Part shown: in pieces, positions 56,038 to 64,000 of the stretch
How positions within the stretch are numbered: position 1 is the first letter of the stretch
Layout of the letters: every line of letters begins with the position of its first letter
NCBI GenBank assembly: GCA_902792815.1
Contig: CADBAY010000005.1
Span: 44,504 to 108,503 of the forward strand
Source: an uncultured Bacteroidia bacterium
Lineage (GTDB): Bacteria; Bacteroidota; Bacteroidia; Bacteroidales; UBA932
Direction of reading: 5' to 3'
DNA length: 64,000 nucleotides
Position numbers and translations under genes: made by a program
The notes under the pieces: generated by a model
The model's database searches: none
The model's input: only the letters and a program-made list of their open reading frames with translations
Told to the model about the DNA's origin: nothing

Positions 56038-57252
56038 ATGATAATACTAGTAATCAATTGCGGCAGCTCTTCTGTGAAATACCAGCTTCTGGATATGAAG
56101 AGCGATGATGTATATGACATTCTGGCCAAGGGCCTTGTGGAAAAAATCTATCTTCCCGAGGGTACCATCACTCACAAGCCTACAGGTAAAGAGGGTTTCG
56201 TACGCAACCTGCCCATCCCCGACCATACCGTGGGAATGAAACTGGTGCTCGACGCTCTTGTGGACCCTGTGTACGGAGTGCTTTCTTCGTTCGACGATAT
56301 CGAGGCTGTCGGCCACCGTATAGTGCAAGGTGCAGATTTCTTCAGCGGCAGCGCCCTTGTGGACGAGGACGTGCTCCGCAAGATCGAAATCTGCTGTGAC
56401 TTCGCCCCCCTGCACAATCCGGCCCACCTTCTTGGTATCCGTGCCGTGAGCACCGTGCTCCCGGAGGTGCCCCAGGTGGTGACTTTCGACACTGCATTCC
56501 ATCAGACCATGGAGCCTTACGCATACATGTACGCCTTGCCTTGGGAGTACTACGAGAAGTACCACGTCCGCCGCTACGGCGCACACGGCACGAGCCATCA
56601 GTACGTATCGCAGCGCGGAGCCAAGCTTGCGGGAATCGATCTGGAGCACTCCAAGATCATCACCTGCCATATCGGCAACGGCAGCTCCGTAACCGCCATT
56701 AAAGACGGCAAATGCGTCGATACATCCATGGGCTTCACTCCGCTTGAGGGTATGATTATGGGCACCCGCTGCGGAATCATCGATGCCAACATTATTCCCT
56801 ACATCATGAAAAAGGAGAACCTGACTCCCGACCAGATGACGGAAATAATGAACAAGAAGAGCGGCTTCCTGGGCCTTAGCGGCGTCAGTTCGGATGCCCG
56901 TGATATGAACACTCTTGCCCTTCAGGGCGACCCGAAAGCCAAGATCGTGCTCAAGAAACTCACTTTTGACATAGTGAAGTTGGTGGGCGGTTACATTGCC
57001 GAGATGAACGGCGTGGACCTGATTATCTTTACGGCAGGCATTGGCGAGCACAATCCCCGTCTTCGCCGCCGCGTGTGCGAGCAGCTTGGCTATATGGGCG
57101 TCAAGGTTGACGCCGAGGTCAATGAGGCTGCCCGGTCGGAGACTATCATCTCCACCCCCGATTCCACCGTCAAGGTGGCCCTTATCCCTACTGACGAGGA
57201 ACTTGTCATAGCCAGGGATACCATGAAGATAGTATCAACAATTGAAGAATAA
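56038..57252 (+). CDS. ackA: Acetate kinase
   Basis: VINCGSSS, GHRIVQG, APLHNP, FDTAFH, YGAHGTSH, DTSMGFTPLEG, FTAGIGE, PTDEE. Confidence 0.93.
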   Translation: MIILVINCGSSSVKYQLLDMKSDDVYDILAKGLVEKIYLPEGTITHKPTGKEGFVRNLPIPDHTVGMKLVLDALVDPVYGVLSSFDDIEAVGHRIVQGADFFSGSALVDEDVLRKIEICCDFAPLHNPAHLLGIRAVSTVLPEVPQVVTFDTAFHQTMEPYAYMYALPWEYYEKYHVRRYGAHGTSHQYVSQRGAKLAGIDLEHSKIITCHIGNGSSVTAIKDGKCVDTSMGFTPLEGMIMGTRCGIIDANIIPYIMKKENLTPDQMTEIMNKKSGFLGLSGVSSDARDMNTLALQGDPKAKIVLKKLTFDIVKLVGGYIAEMNGVDLIIFTAGIGEHNPRLRRRVCEQLGYMGVKVDAEVNEAARSETIISTPDSTVKVALIPTDEELVIARDTMKIVSTIEE

Positions 57253-57257
57253 AGTAT

Positions 57258-58169
57258 ATGATCAAGAATTTTAACGACGTATTCGAGACCCTTAAGGCCA
57301 AAGGTATCTGCAAGCGTATGGTTGTGGCCTGGGGTGTTGATGAGCATTCCATCGAGGCCGCATACAAGGCCGTTGAGAAAGGTTTCGTGAGTGTCACTCT
57401 TGTAGGCGACGCTGCCAAGATAGCCGCCGTCTGTGCCGACAACGGGCTGGATGCCTCCAAGTTCACCGTTATCGACAATCCCGTGGAGCTCAAGGCGGTC
57501 GCGCAGGCCGTGCAGATGGTTCACGACGGAGAGGCCGATGTGCTCATGAAGGGCCTTTGCTCGACCGACAAGTTCCTTCGCGCCATCCTTAACAAAGAGA
57601 CGGGTCTCCTTCCTCCCAAGGGCCTGCTTTCCCATGTGAGCGTTGTGGAGAATCCTCAGTATCACAAGCTTATATTCTTCAGCGATATGGCTGTGGTGCC
57701 CCTGCCCGACTTCCGCCAGAAGGTTAAGATCGCCGGATTCCTCCTTGGGGTTGCCAAATCGTTCGGTATCGAGAAACCCAAGATCGCATTCGTTGCCGCG
57801 TCGGAGCAGATGCTCGATTCTATGCCCGCCTGCATTGAGGGAGCTATGCTTGCCAAGATGTGCGACCGCGGCCAGATCCCCGGCTGCATTGGAGACGGCC
57901 CTCTGGCACTTGACGTCTGCATCGACAAAGAGTCAGTCGAGATCAAGAAGCTCCGCAGCGAGGTCGCCGGCGACGCAGACTGCCTGCTGTTCCCCAACAT
58001 CGAGTCGGCCAATGTGTTCTGGAAGACCAACAGCAAGCTCTGCACCGGAGTCCGTCAGGCAGGTATGCTCGTGGGTACCACAGCACCTTGTATCCTTGCC
58101 AGCCGTGCCGACAGCGTGGATACCAAGCTGAACTCCATCGCCGAGGCGGTGATGTTCGTAAGTAAGTAA
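57258..58169 (+). CDS. Phosphate acyltransferase, Ptb-type
   Basis: ADVLMKG, LLSHV, DGPLALD, GDADCLLFPNIESAN, SRADS; 303 aa. Confidence 0.85.
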   Translation: MIKNFNDVFETLKAKGICKRMVVAWGVDEHSIEAAYKAVEKGFVSVTLVGDAAKIAAVCADNGLDASKFTVIDNPVELKAVAQAVQMVHDGEADVLMKGLCSTDKFLRAILNKETGLLPPKGLLSHVSVVENPQYHKLIFFSDMAVVPLPDFRQKVKIAGFLLGVAKSFGIEKPKIAFVAASEQMLDSMPACIEGAMLAKMCDRGQIPGCIGDGPLALDVCIDKESVEIKKLRSEVAGDADCLLFPNIESANVFWKTNSKLCTGVRQAGMLVGTTAPCILASRADSVDTKLNSIAEAVMFVSK

Positions 58170-58173
58170 TATC

Positions 58174-58959
58174 ATGCACAGCAGAGAAGAGAAATTAGCC
58201 GCCTTCGGGCGGCTTCTTGACGTAATGGACGCCCTTCGCGAGCAATGTCCCTGGAATGCCGCGCAGACCATGGAGAGCATACGGCGCCTGACCGAGGAGG
58301 AAGTCTATGAACTTAGCGACGCTATAGTCAAAGGCGACGCCCCCGGAGTGTCAAAAGAGATAGGCGACCTGCTCTACCACATGGTTTTCTATGCACGTAT
58401 AGGTCAGGAAGACGGTTCGTTCGATATCGCCGATTGCCTTGACAAAGTGTGCGAGAAGATGATTTTCCGTCATCCTCACGTGTTCGGAGACAAAAAAGGG
58501 GAGACCACTTCGGCCAAGGAGATTGCCGACACCTGGGAGCTGGTCAAAGCCCGCGAGAAGGGCGGTAATAAAACCGTCATGGAAGGTATCCCCGACGCTA
58601 TGCCCGCCCTGCTCAAAGCAATCGCCATGCAGGAAAAGGCCCGCGGCTGCGGCTTCGACTGGGAGAAGAAAGAAGATGTGTGGGCCAAGGTAGTTGAGGA
58701 AGTGGGGGAGGTGCAGGAAGCAGCCGGCTCATCGGCTGATCTTCAGGAAGAATTCGGCGACCTTCTCTTTGCCGTCATCAACGCCGCCCGCCTCTACGGG
58801 GTCGATGCGGAGGTTGCCCTTGGAGAGTCCTGCAGCAAGTTCCGCCGCCGTTTCAATTATATCGAGGCTTCTATCAAAGCCCAGGGGCGCACTCTCTCCG
58901 ACGCTACACTCGCCGATATGGACGCCCTCTGGGACCAGGCTAAAGACCGCGGCCTCTAG
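58174..58959 (+). CDS. mazG: Nucleoside triphosphate pyrophosphohydrolase MazG
   Basis: LREQCPW, EEVYE, EIGDLL, RHPHVF, GFDW, EEFGDLLF. Confidence 0.93.
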   Translation: MHSREEKLAAFGRLLDVMDALREQCPWNAAQTMESIRRLTEEEVYELSDAIVKGDAPGVSKEIGDLLYHMVFYARIGQEDGSFDIADCLDKVCEKMIFRHPHVFGDKKGETTSAKEIADTWELVKAREKGGNKTVMEGIPDAMPALLKAIAMQEKARGCGFDWEKKEDVWAKVVEEVGEVQEAAGSSADLQEEFGDLLFAVINAARLYGVDAEVALGESCSKFRRRFNYIEASIKAQGRTLSDATLADMDALWDQAKDRGL

Positions 58960-59534
58960 CGGCCGGCAAGAGAGCCGAACAAGCGGCGGTAAACTTCCGC
59001 CTTCTTTTCAATAGAAAGGGGGTAAGCCCTTGATGTTGACGGCATTCTCCAGAAGCTGAGCGCCCTCCCGTAACAGGTGACTGTCTTATAATCTCCTATT
59101 GCCGGGAGTTCGCAGCCGAAGTGATCGGCCAAGATTTCGGCCGCCTTTTGCCCTGTTGCCGCAACGGCCTCACAATCAGGGATTTTGTTCAATAGAGCAT
59201 CAATATCGGTGGGCTCTGCGACTTCGAGGAACTTGTCGGAAGCATTGTCTTGCAGCCGCCTGACCGCCGTTGCCGTATCGAAGAGGGCAATCCCCTGAAG
59301 AGTGCAGAATTCAATTATCCTGTCTTTGTCGAAACTCTTTGCTCCGGGCAGAATAAAGTGATTGCGGTCGTCATAAAACAGAAGTCCGCAGATCCTCCAG
59401 AAATCGTTGATAAAATTCGGATAAAAGAAATCGATGCTCCAGCGTTTTATCTGCGGAGGAAAGCTTCCAAGGAACAGCACCCTTGCTCCCGAGGGAAGGA
59501 AGGGCTCGAACGGATGCTTTTCTATTTCAGCCAT
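58956..59534 (-). CDS. Uracil-DNA glycosylase superfamily protein
   Basis: HPFEP, LFLGSFP, FFYPN..NDFW, MPSTSRA. Confidence 0.85.
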   Translation of the reverse strand: MAEIEKHPFEPFLPSGARVLFLGSFPPQIKRWSIDFFYPNFINDFWRICGLLFYDDRNHFILPGAKSFDKDRIIEFCTLQGIALFDTATAVRRLQDNASDKFLEVAEPTDIDALLNKIPDCEAVAATGQKAAEILADHFGCELPAIGDYKTVTCYGRALSFWRMPSTSRAYPLSIEKKAEVYRRLFGSLAGR

Positions 59535-60758
59535 TTAGAGATTCTTTATCCACTCAGTAATGTCTCTGATCACGTCTCCCGACATGGTCTCTTCTATCTT
59601 GGCGTATTCGGTCCCAAGGCCGGTCTTGCAATGCTGGAACAAGTGGTTGAGGCCTGGGTACAGCCGGCAGTCGGCGCCGGGGCACAGGGCCTCGATCTTG
59701 GAGAGATTGTATTCCGGTATGACCTGGCAGTCTTTGTCGCCGTTAAGCGCAAGGACGGGGCATTTGATCCTGGCGATGTAAGGAGCAGGATCGAGGGCTA
59801 CGAACGATTCCATCCATTTGCCTCCCATCTTGACTGTTTTCTTATAACTGATTTTGGCTGCAAAAGACGCCGCTTTTTCGGGCGCGCCGCCCTGGATGAA
59901 CGTCTTGATCATCTGGCGCATCAGCGTGCTGTCGCCCCTGTCGGCCATCCCGGCGAGGCTCACTATGAAGTCGGGAGCCCCTTCGGCGGGCTCTTCTGCG
60001 CCTGCCAGCATCATAGCTATTGTGCCGCCTTCGCTGTGTCCGAGTACACCAACTTTAGAAAATCCGCGGGAGCGCAGGAATTGCACGGCCGAGGCCGCAT
60101 CTTGGGCAAAATCGGCAGTGGTAGCATCGGCAAACACTCCTGTAGAGCCGCCGCATTCCCTGTCGTCGTAGCGGAGCGACGGAATACCCTCGCGGGCAAG
60201 CGCATCTGAGAGTACTGCAAAGGGTTTGTGGCCCATAAGGCTCTCGTCTCTGTCCTGCTTGCCGCTGCCGCTTACCATCACCACGGCCGGAGCGCCTATG
60301 GCTTCTGGAAGGCATAGTGTGCCGGAAAGGGATATGTCTGCGTTGTTAAAAGTGACTTCTTCGGTAGTATAGGGGAACGGCCCTTCGGGCGTTTGGGGAC
60401 GGAGGCGGACAAGCTCTCCGCGGCCCATCCGTAATTGCTTCTTCAAGCCCATCTGTGAGAACTTGCCGATCAGCGAGTCACCCTGGACTCTGCCTTCGAA
60501 TGAAGCATGAAACTCGGGGAACTTTACGCTCAGCGACTCTTGGCCGGCCTTTTTAACTACTGCTTTAAATCCGTATGCTTCCTGATCGGGGGAGTCAACC
60601 GTGCACGTATCGCCAAGGTGAAGCGTGAGGGTCAGGCCCAGATCTTCGATCTCGCCGCTCCAGGTGCCTTTCAGTGATTCGGGAAGTTCGGGAGCCTGTG
60701 TGCACATTACGGTAAGTGCCGCAGCAGCGGCCAAAGCAAATAATCGTCTCATAAACAT
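59535..60758 (-). CDS. Secreted alpha/beta hydrolase
   Basis: SGSGKQDRDE, LRYDDRECG, GHSEGG nucleophile elbow, NGDKD, LNHLFQ. Confidence 0.88.
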   Translation of the reverse strand: MFMRRLFALAAAAALTVMCTQAPELPESLKGTWSGEIEDLGLTLTLHLGDTCTVDSPDQEAYGFKAVVKKAGQESLSVKFPEFHASFEGRVQGDSLIGKFSQMGLKKQLRMGRGELVRLRPQTPEGPFPYTTEEVTFNNADISLSGTLCLPEAIGAPAVVMVSGSGKQDRDESLMGHKPFAVLSDALAREGIPSLRYDDRECGGSTGVFADATTADFAQDAASAVQFLRSRGFSKVGVLGHSEGGTIAMMLAGAEEPAEGAPDFIVSLAGMADRGDSTLMRQMIKTFIQGGAPEKAASFAAKISYKKTVKMGGKWMESFVALDPAPYIARIKCPVLALNGDKDCQVIPEYNLSKIEALCPGADCRLYPGLNHLFQHCKTGLGTEYAKIEETMSGDVIRDITEWIKNL

Positions 60759-60796
60759 AGTGTTTTAGTTATGTACGGCGTTCCCGCATCAGCATC

Positions 60797-61339
60797 TTAT
60801 GCTCCGGGAGCTTCGAAGAAACTGAAATGGACGCGGCCGTAGGAGCGTTCTTTTACAAAGCAAGGGTGAGTGGTGAAGGAATGCTCACCGCCGTGCTCGA
60901 GAATGAAATAACCGCCGGGATGCAGCAGGCCGCGTTCCAGGACCTTGTCGGGTATGCCGTCCAGGCCGTCAATGGCATAAGGAGGATCGGCAAAGACAAT
61001 GTCGAAACGCTCTCTGCAGATATCGAGGAAATCGAATACGTTGGCGTGAACCACACTTACATTGCCAAGCCCGAGCCGTGCGGCCTCGCGCTTAATGAAG
61101 GCAGCGTTGTCACGGGCCATCTCTACGCACCATACCCGGCCCACGCCGCGGGATGCGAATTCGAACGAGACAGCTCCCGTGCCTCCGAACAAGTCGAGCA
61201 CTTTGAGGTCGTCGAATTCGTATTCGTTGTCAAGAATGTTGAACAGGCCCTCACGGGCAAAGTCGGTGGTAGGCCTTGCCTTGTAACCCATAGGCGGGTT
61301 GATAGTCTTGCCTTTGAGGCGTCCGCCGATGATTCTCAT
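60797..61339 (-). CDS. rsmD: 16S rRNA m2G966 methyltransferase RsmD
   Basis: MRIIGG, RPTTD, LDLFGGTG, FADPPY, ILEH, YG..HF. Confidence 0.9.
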   Translation of the reverse strand: MRIIGGRLKGKTINPPMGYKARPTTDFAREGLFNILDNEYEFDDLKVLDLFGGTGAVSFEFASRGVGRVWCVEMARDNAAFIKREAARLGLGNVSVVHANVFDFLDICRERFDIVFADPPYAIDGLDGIPDKVLERGLLHPGGYFILEHGGEHSFTTHPCFVKERSYGRVHFSFFEAPGA

Positions 61340-61794
61340 TGGCCGCTGCGGCAGTCAACCGCTTTAAAATAACGGTAGAGCGACATTTCGGCATCCTCCG
61401 GCAGAGGGTGCCTGAAATGGATTGTGGTGACCTCGGGGTTGAGCTGCAGCGACTTAAGAGCCAGGAAGATATAGTACTGCGCTGTGGTAAAGTCGGCGGC
61501 CTTGAACTCGTTGGCCAGAAGCAGGCTCCGGCCCTGGGCGACGGCAAGCGTGAGCACGCCGCCGTCCCAAGTGCAGAGCAACTTGTTGTATTCCTGGCAG
61601 CGGGGGAGCTCATCGAGGATAAAAAATACTTCCGGCGGAACATCCTTTCCGTCGGAAGTATATATCAACACCGCAGAATACTGCGGAATATCTTTGTACA
61701 AAACCTCCTGTCCGTCCGTTATCTTGCCGATCCCGGCCAAGGCTTCACGAGCCGCTGCCGGATTAAAGAAATTGACGGGAACAAGGGTAAACAC
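61336..61794 (-). CDS. Short DUF3822-like protein
   Basis: GTG start; FTLVP..F, LLLANEF...YYI pattern; upstream of rsmD as in other Bacteroidetes. Confidence 0.55.
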   Translation of the reverse strand: MFTLVPVNFFNPAAAREALAGIGKITDGQEVLYKDIPQYSAVLIYTSDGKDVPPEVFFILDELPRCQEYNKLLCTWDGGVLTLAVAQGRSLLLANEFKAADFTTAQYYIFLALKSLQLNPEVTTIHFRHPLPEDAEMSLYRYFKAVDCRSGQ

Positions 61795-61799
61795 CGCTT

Positions 61800-62492
61800 C
61801 TACTCCCAGTTACCGGCGTTGTTGTTAGGAGCGGTAATGCTGCCAACCTGCAGGCCCTCGTATTTGTTCTGGTCTTTGCGGTCGGCGTCAAGATTGATGC
61901 GCAGCTGGTTGTCCAGGCCCTTGAGGAGGAGCTTGTAAGGCATTTTGGCCTCGAAAAGGGGCACGGGAACTCCGGATACCATGTGGGTCTCTGCGGCCAT
62001 TTCGATAGGTGCGCCGCCGGAGAAGGGGATGGTCTTGAGGGAGTCTATGCAGAAGTCCTCGCGGTTGGTAAAGAGGGTGTCTTTGACAGGGAGCTGGGTG
62101 ACAACTGAGAACACCAGGTTCTTGTCTCCGGCCTCGTACATTTCAAGGAGCTTCTCGGGGGTGATTTTGCGATTGGCCTTCTTGACCTTCTCGGTGTGGG
62201 CCCATGCGACCGAGTCGTCGGCGGAACCGATCTGCATCACGACAGCCATTTTGCCGTTCTCGTAGAAATTCTTCAGGGAGTCGATGGTGGAAACGAACTT
62301 GCCGTTTACGCTCTTGTAAGCTACCTGCAGCGTACGGATGTCTTTGAGCCGCTGGATGGCGACAGCCTCGCGTCTTTCTTTTTGCTTGTTGAAGTTGACG
62401 GGCTTCATGATGCTGCTGTAGATAAGGTACACCAGAGCAATGATTCCGATGAAAAGGAGAACCTCCAGAACGATCTTAAGTGCTTTATTCAT
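61800..62492 (-). CDS. Conserved hypothetical membrane-anchored protein
   Basis: N-terminal TM, then LKDIRTLQ..Y, IPFSGG, LQVGS..GNWE. Start moved to MNKALK. Confidence 0.75.
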   Translation of the reverse strand: MNKALKIVLEVLLFIGIIALVYLIYSSIMKPVNFNKQKERREAVAIQRLKDIRTLQVAYKSVNGKFVSTIDSLKNFYENGKMAVVMQIGSADDSVAWAHTEKVKKANRKITPEKLLEMYEAGDKNLVFSVVTQLPVKDTLFTNREDFCIDSLKTIPFSGGAPIEMAAETHMVSGVPVPLFEAKMPYKLLLKGLDNQLRINLDADRKDQNKYEGLQVGSITAPNNNAGNWE

Positions 62493-62524
62493 TTTATGTG
62501 TTTTTATTTGTTTCCAAAGTCTGA

Positions 62525-62572
62525 CAAAGTTATAAAAATGATTTATGAAATGCAATATTATTGCTAAATTTG
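62525..62572. promoter_or_regulatory. Divergent -7 elements (minus 62525-62532 TAacTTTG; plus 62565-62572 TAaaTTTG)
   Basis: Exact consensus matches between divergent genes. Confidence 0.6.
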
Positions 62573-62576
62573 CGTC

Positions 62577-63635
62577 GTGATTGAGCGCGAAAATGCATTG
62601 CTGTTAAGCAAGTGGATCGATTCGGCCGGCATCATTACCGCCGTTTGTCACGCACGTCCCGACGGGGATGCTGCGGGGTGCGTGGTGGCTGCATCCCTGT
62701 ACGCGGCGCTCTGCCGCGGCAAAGACGCCGCCATTATACTCCCTGACGCTGCGCCCGCTTCGATACAGTTCATTTTCGCCCACGGCCCTTCGGCGGTGAT
62801 CAACGCTTTGGCCGATCCTCTTGAGGCCGGGGCCCGCCTGCGCAGTACCGATCTGCTTTTCTGCCTCGATTTCAACACTTTGTCCCGCACCGAGGGGCTT
62901 GAAGCGGCGTTGCGCTCTTGCCCCGGCCGCAAAGTGCTGGTCGATCATCACCAGGCACCCGCTATTGAAGAATTCGACCTGTGTTTCAGCGACACCGAGG
63001 TATCGTCGGCCTGCGAATTGCTGTACAATCTGCTGATGCAGATGCCGGACATAGGCGGAGACCCTTCCAGGCTGCCTTCCGCCGTGGCCACAGCCCTGAT
63101 GTGCGGCATGACCACCGATACCAACAATTTTGCAAATTCCGTATTCCCCGGCACGCTGCGCATGGCCTCCGAGCTGCTTGCGGCCGGCGTGGACCGGGGC
63201 GATATCATCGACAAGCTCTACTTCAGCGAGCGTCCCAACCGCATTGCCGCACAGGGCGAAATGCTCAGCTGCAAGATGAAACTCCTCCCTTGCGGCGTAG
63301 CTGTAACGGTACTCGACAAGAGCTTTTATGAGCGCCACGCCCTGCTGGACGGCGAGACCGAGGGCTTCGTGAATATCCCCCTTACTATCAAAGACATAAA
63401 ACTGAGTATCCTGGCCCGCGAAGAAGACGGCCGCCTGAGAGTGTCGCTGCGCTCCAAGAAGGGCGTGTCGGCGCGGGAACTAGCCGCCCGGAGCTTCCAC
63501 GGAGGAGGCCACGAGCAAGCTTCCGGAGGCAAGATACTCGTTCCCGACGACATTGCCTCTCCCTCTTCGGCGCAAGCTTATATCGAGGAAGTAGCGGCAC
63601 GGTTTATGCGGGAGAAATACGCCATAGAAAAATGA
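62577..63635 (+). CDS. DHH-family phosphoesterase (NrnA-like)
   Basis: CHARPDGDAAG, DFN, VDHH, TDTNNF, GGGH; GTG start. Confidence 0.88.
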   Translation: MIERENALLLSKWIDSAGIITAVCHARPDGDAAGCVVAASLYAALCRGKDAAIILPDAAPASIQFIFAHGPSAVINALADPLEAGARLRSTDLLFCLDFNTLSRTEGLEAALRSCPGRKVLVDHHQAPAIEEFDLCFSDTEVSSACELLYNLLMQMPDIGGDPSRLPSAVATALMCGMTTDTNNFANSVFPGTLRMASELLAAGVDRGDIIDKLYFSERPNRIAAQGEMLSCKMKLLPCGVAVTVLDKSFYERHALLDGETEGFVNIPLTIKDIKLSILAREEDGRLRVSLRSKKGVSARELAARSFHGGGHEQASGGKILVPDDIASPSSAQAYIEEVAARFMREKYAIEK

Positions 63636-64000
63636 AGAAATATATAATACTTACGGCCATTTTGGCTTGTCTTGCGGCTGGTTGCGCCAAATCGCCCGCA
63701 TCGTTGAGCACCGATGCCACCAGGCGCTATCTGGAGGCATGGGTGCACGTCCAGAAGCAAAAGCATCCCGAATACCTTTGGAAGCAGACCCCGCTCGGAG
63801 CATGGATCCTGGAGGATAAAGAAGGCTCCGGAAAGGCTCTTGGCGAGTTCGGAGACTCTACTTATGTGCGTGTCAATTTTTCTTTCTCCAATCTCGACGG
63901 TACCATTTCGTCCACCACTCTTGAAAGAATTGCCAAGCAGCTCGGCCAGTATAACGAAACTTATTACTATGGCCCCCATATTTGGTATGCCAAGGGTGTT
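63632..64000 (+). CDS. Lipoprotein, probably FKBP-type PPIase; runs off the window edge
   Basis: Translated by hand from ATG at 63632 (ATGA overlap): MKKYIILTAILACLAAGCAK...EGSG...VRVNF...LDGT. Open to the end of the window. Confidence 0.6.
   Translation, partial: MKKYIILTAILACLAAGCAKSPASLSTDATRRYLEAWVHVQKQKHPEYLWKQTPLGAWILEDKEGSGKALGEFGDSTYVRVNFSFSNLDGTISSTTLERIAKQLGQYNETYYYGPHIWYAKGV

Noticed and set aside
757-63979. Many long antisense or alternate-frame ORFs in the track (for example 3796-4767, 10103-11047, 12232-13986, 19319-20854, 23748-25655, 27372-28559, 52896-54788)
   Set aside because: They lie opposite well-supported genes, lack motifs and signal peptides, and are expected shadow ORFs in GC-biased coding DNA.
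1-64000. CRISPR arrays, rRNA, prophage, IS transposases, defence systems
   Set aside because: No regularly spaced repeats or diagnostic motifs were seen; the AddB nuclease, S1/P1 nuclease and MazG sit in housekeeping contexts.

Overview
A 64-kb chromosomal segment that looks like a moderately GC-rich Bacteroidales genome (SusC/SusD, TAnnTTTG promoters, DPP7, FISUMP, DUF4290). No integrase, transposase, phage, rRNA or CRISPR was recognised. From left to right: an EEP lipoprotein and GH3; a tRNA-Pro with an AGG anticodon; a SusC/SusD locus with no glycoside hydrolase, containing an active-looking zinc metalloprotease and a catalytically dead-looking paralogue; a minus-strand run (4Fe-4S protein, DPP7, S1/P1 nuclease, GH2); DASS transporter plus porin; addBA continuing into a coupled run of radical SAM, circularly permuted ATP-grasp, WbqC, GT2 and VioA-like genes; ftsK-lolA-mnmA-lytic transglycosylase; a RiPP-like cassette (HprK-like kinase, S24/S26 peptidase, PqqD/RRE, ABC exporter); apbE; a long RSH with a degenerate synthetase; comEC; ackA-ptb-mazG; rsmD; and a DHH phosphoesterase. 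Strongest leads: (1) the A34 tRNA-Pro; (2) a palindromic element family, with one copy inside a CDS in frame (123 nt) and one intergenic; (3) the rSAM/ATP-grasp/WbqC amino-sugar tailoring module; (4) the precursor-less kinase-S26-RRE-ABC cassette; (5) the protease/pseudoprotease SusCD locus. All family calls come from motif recognition by eye; no database search was run.
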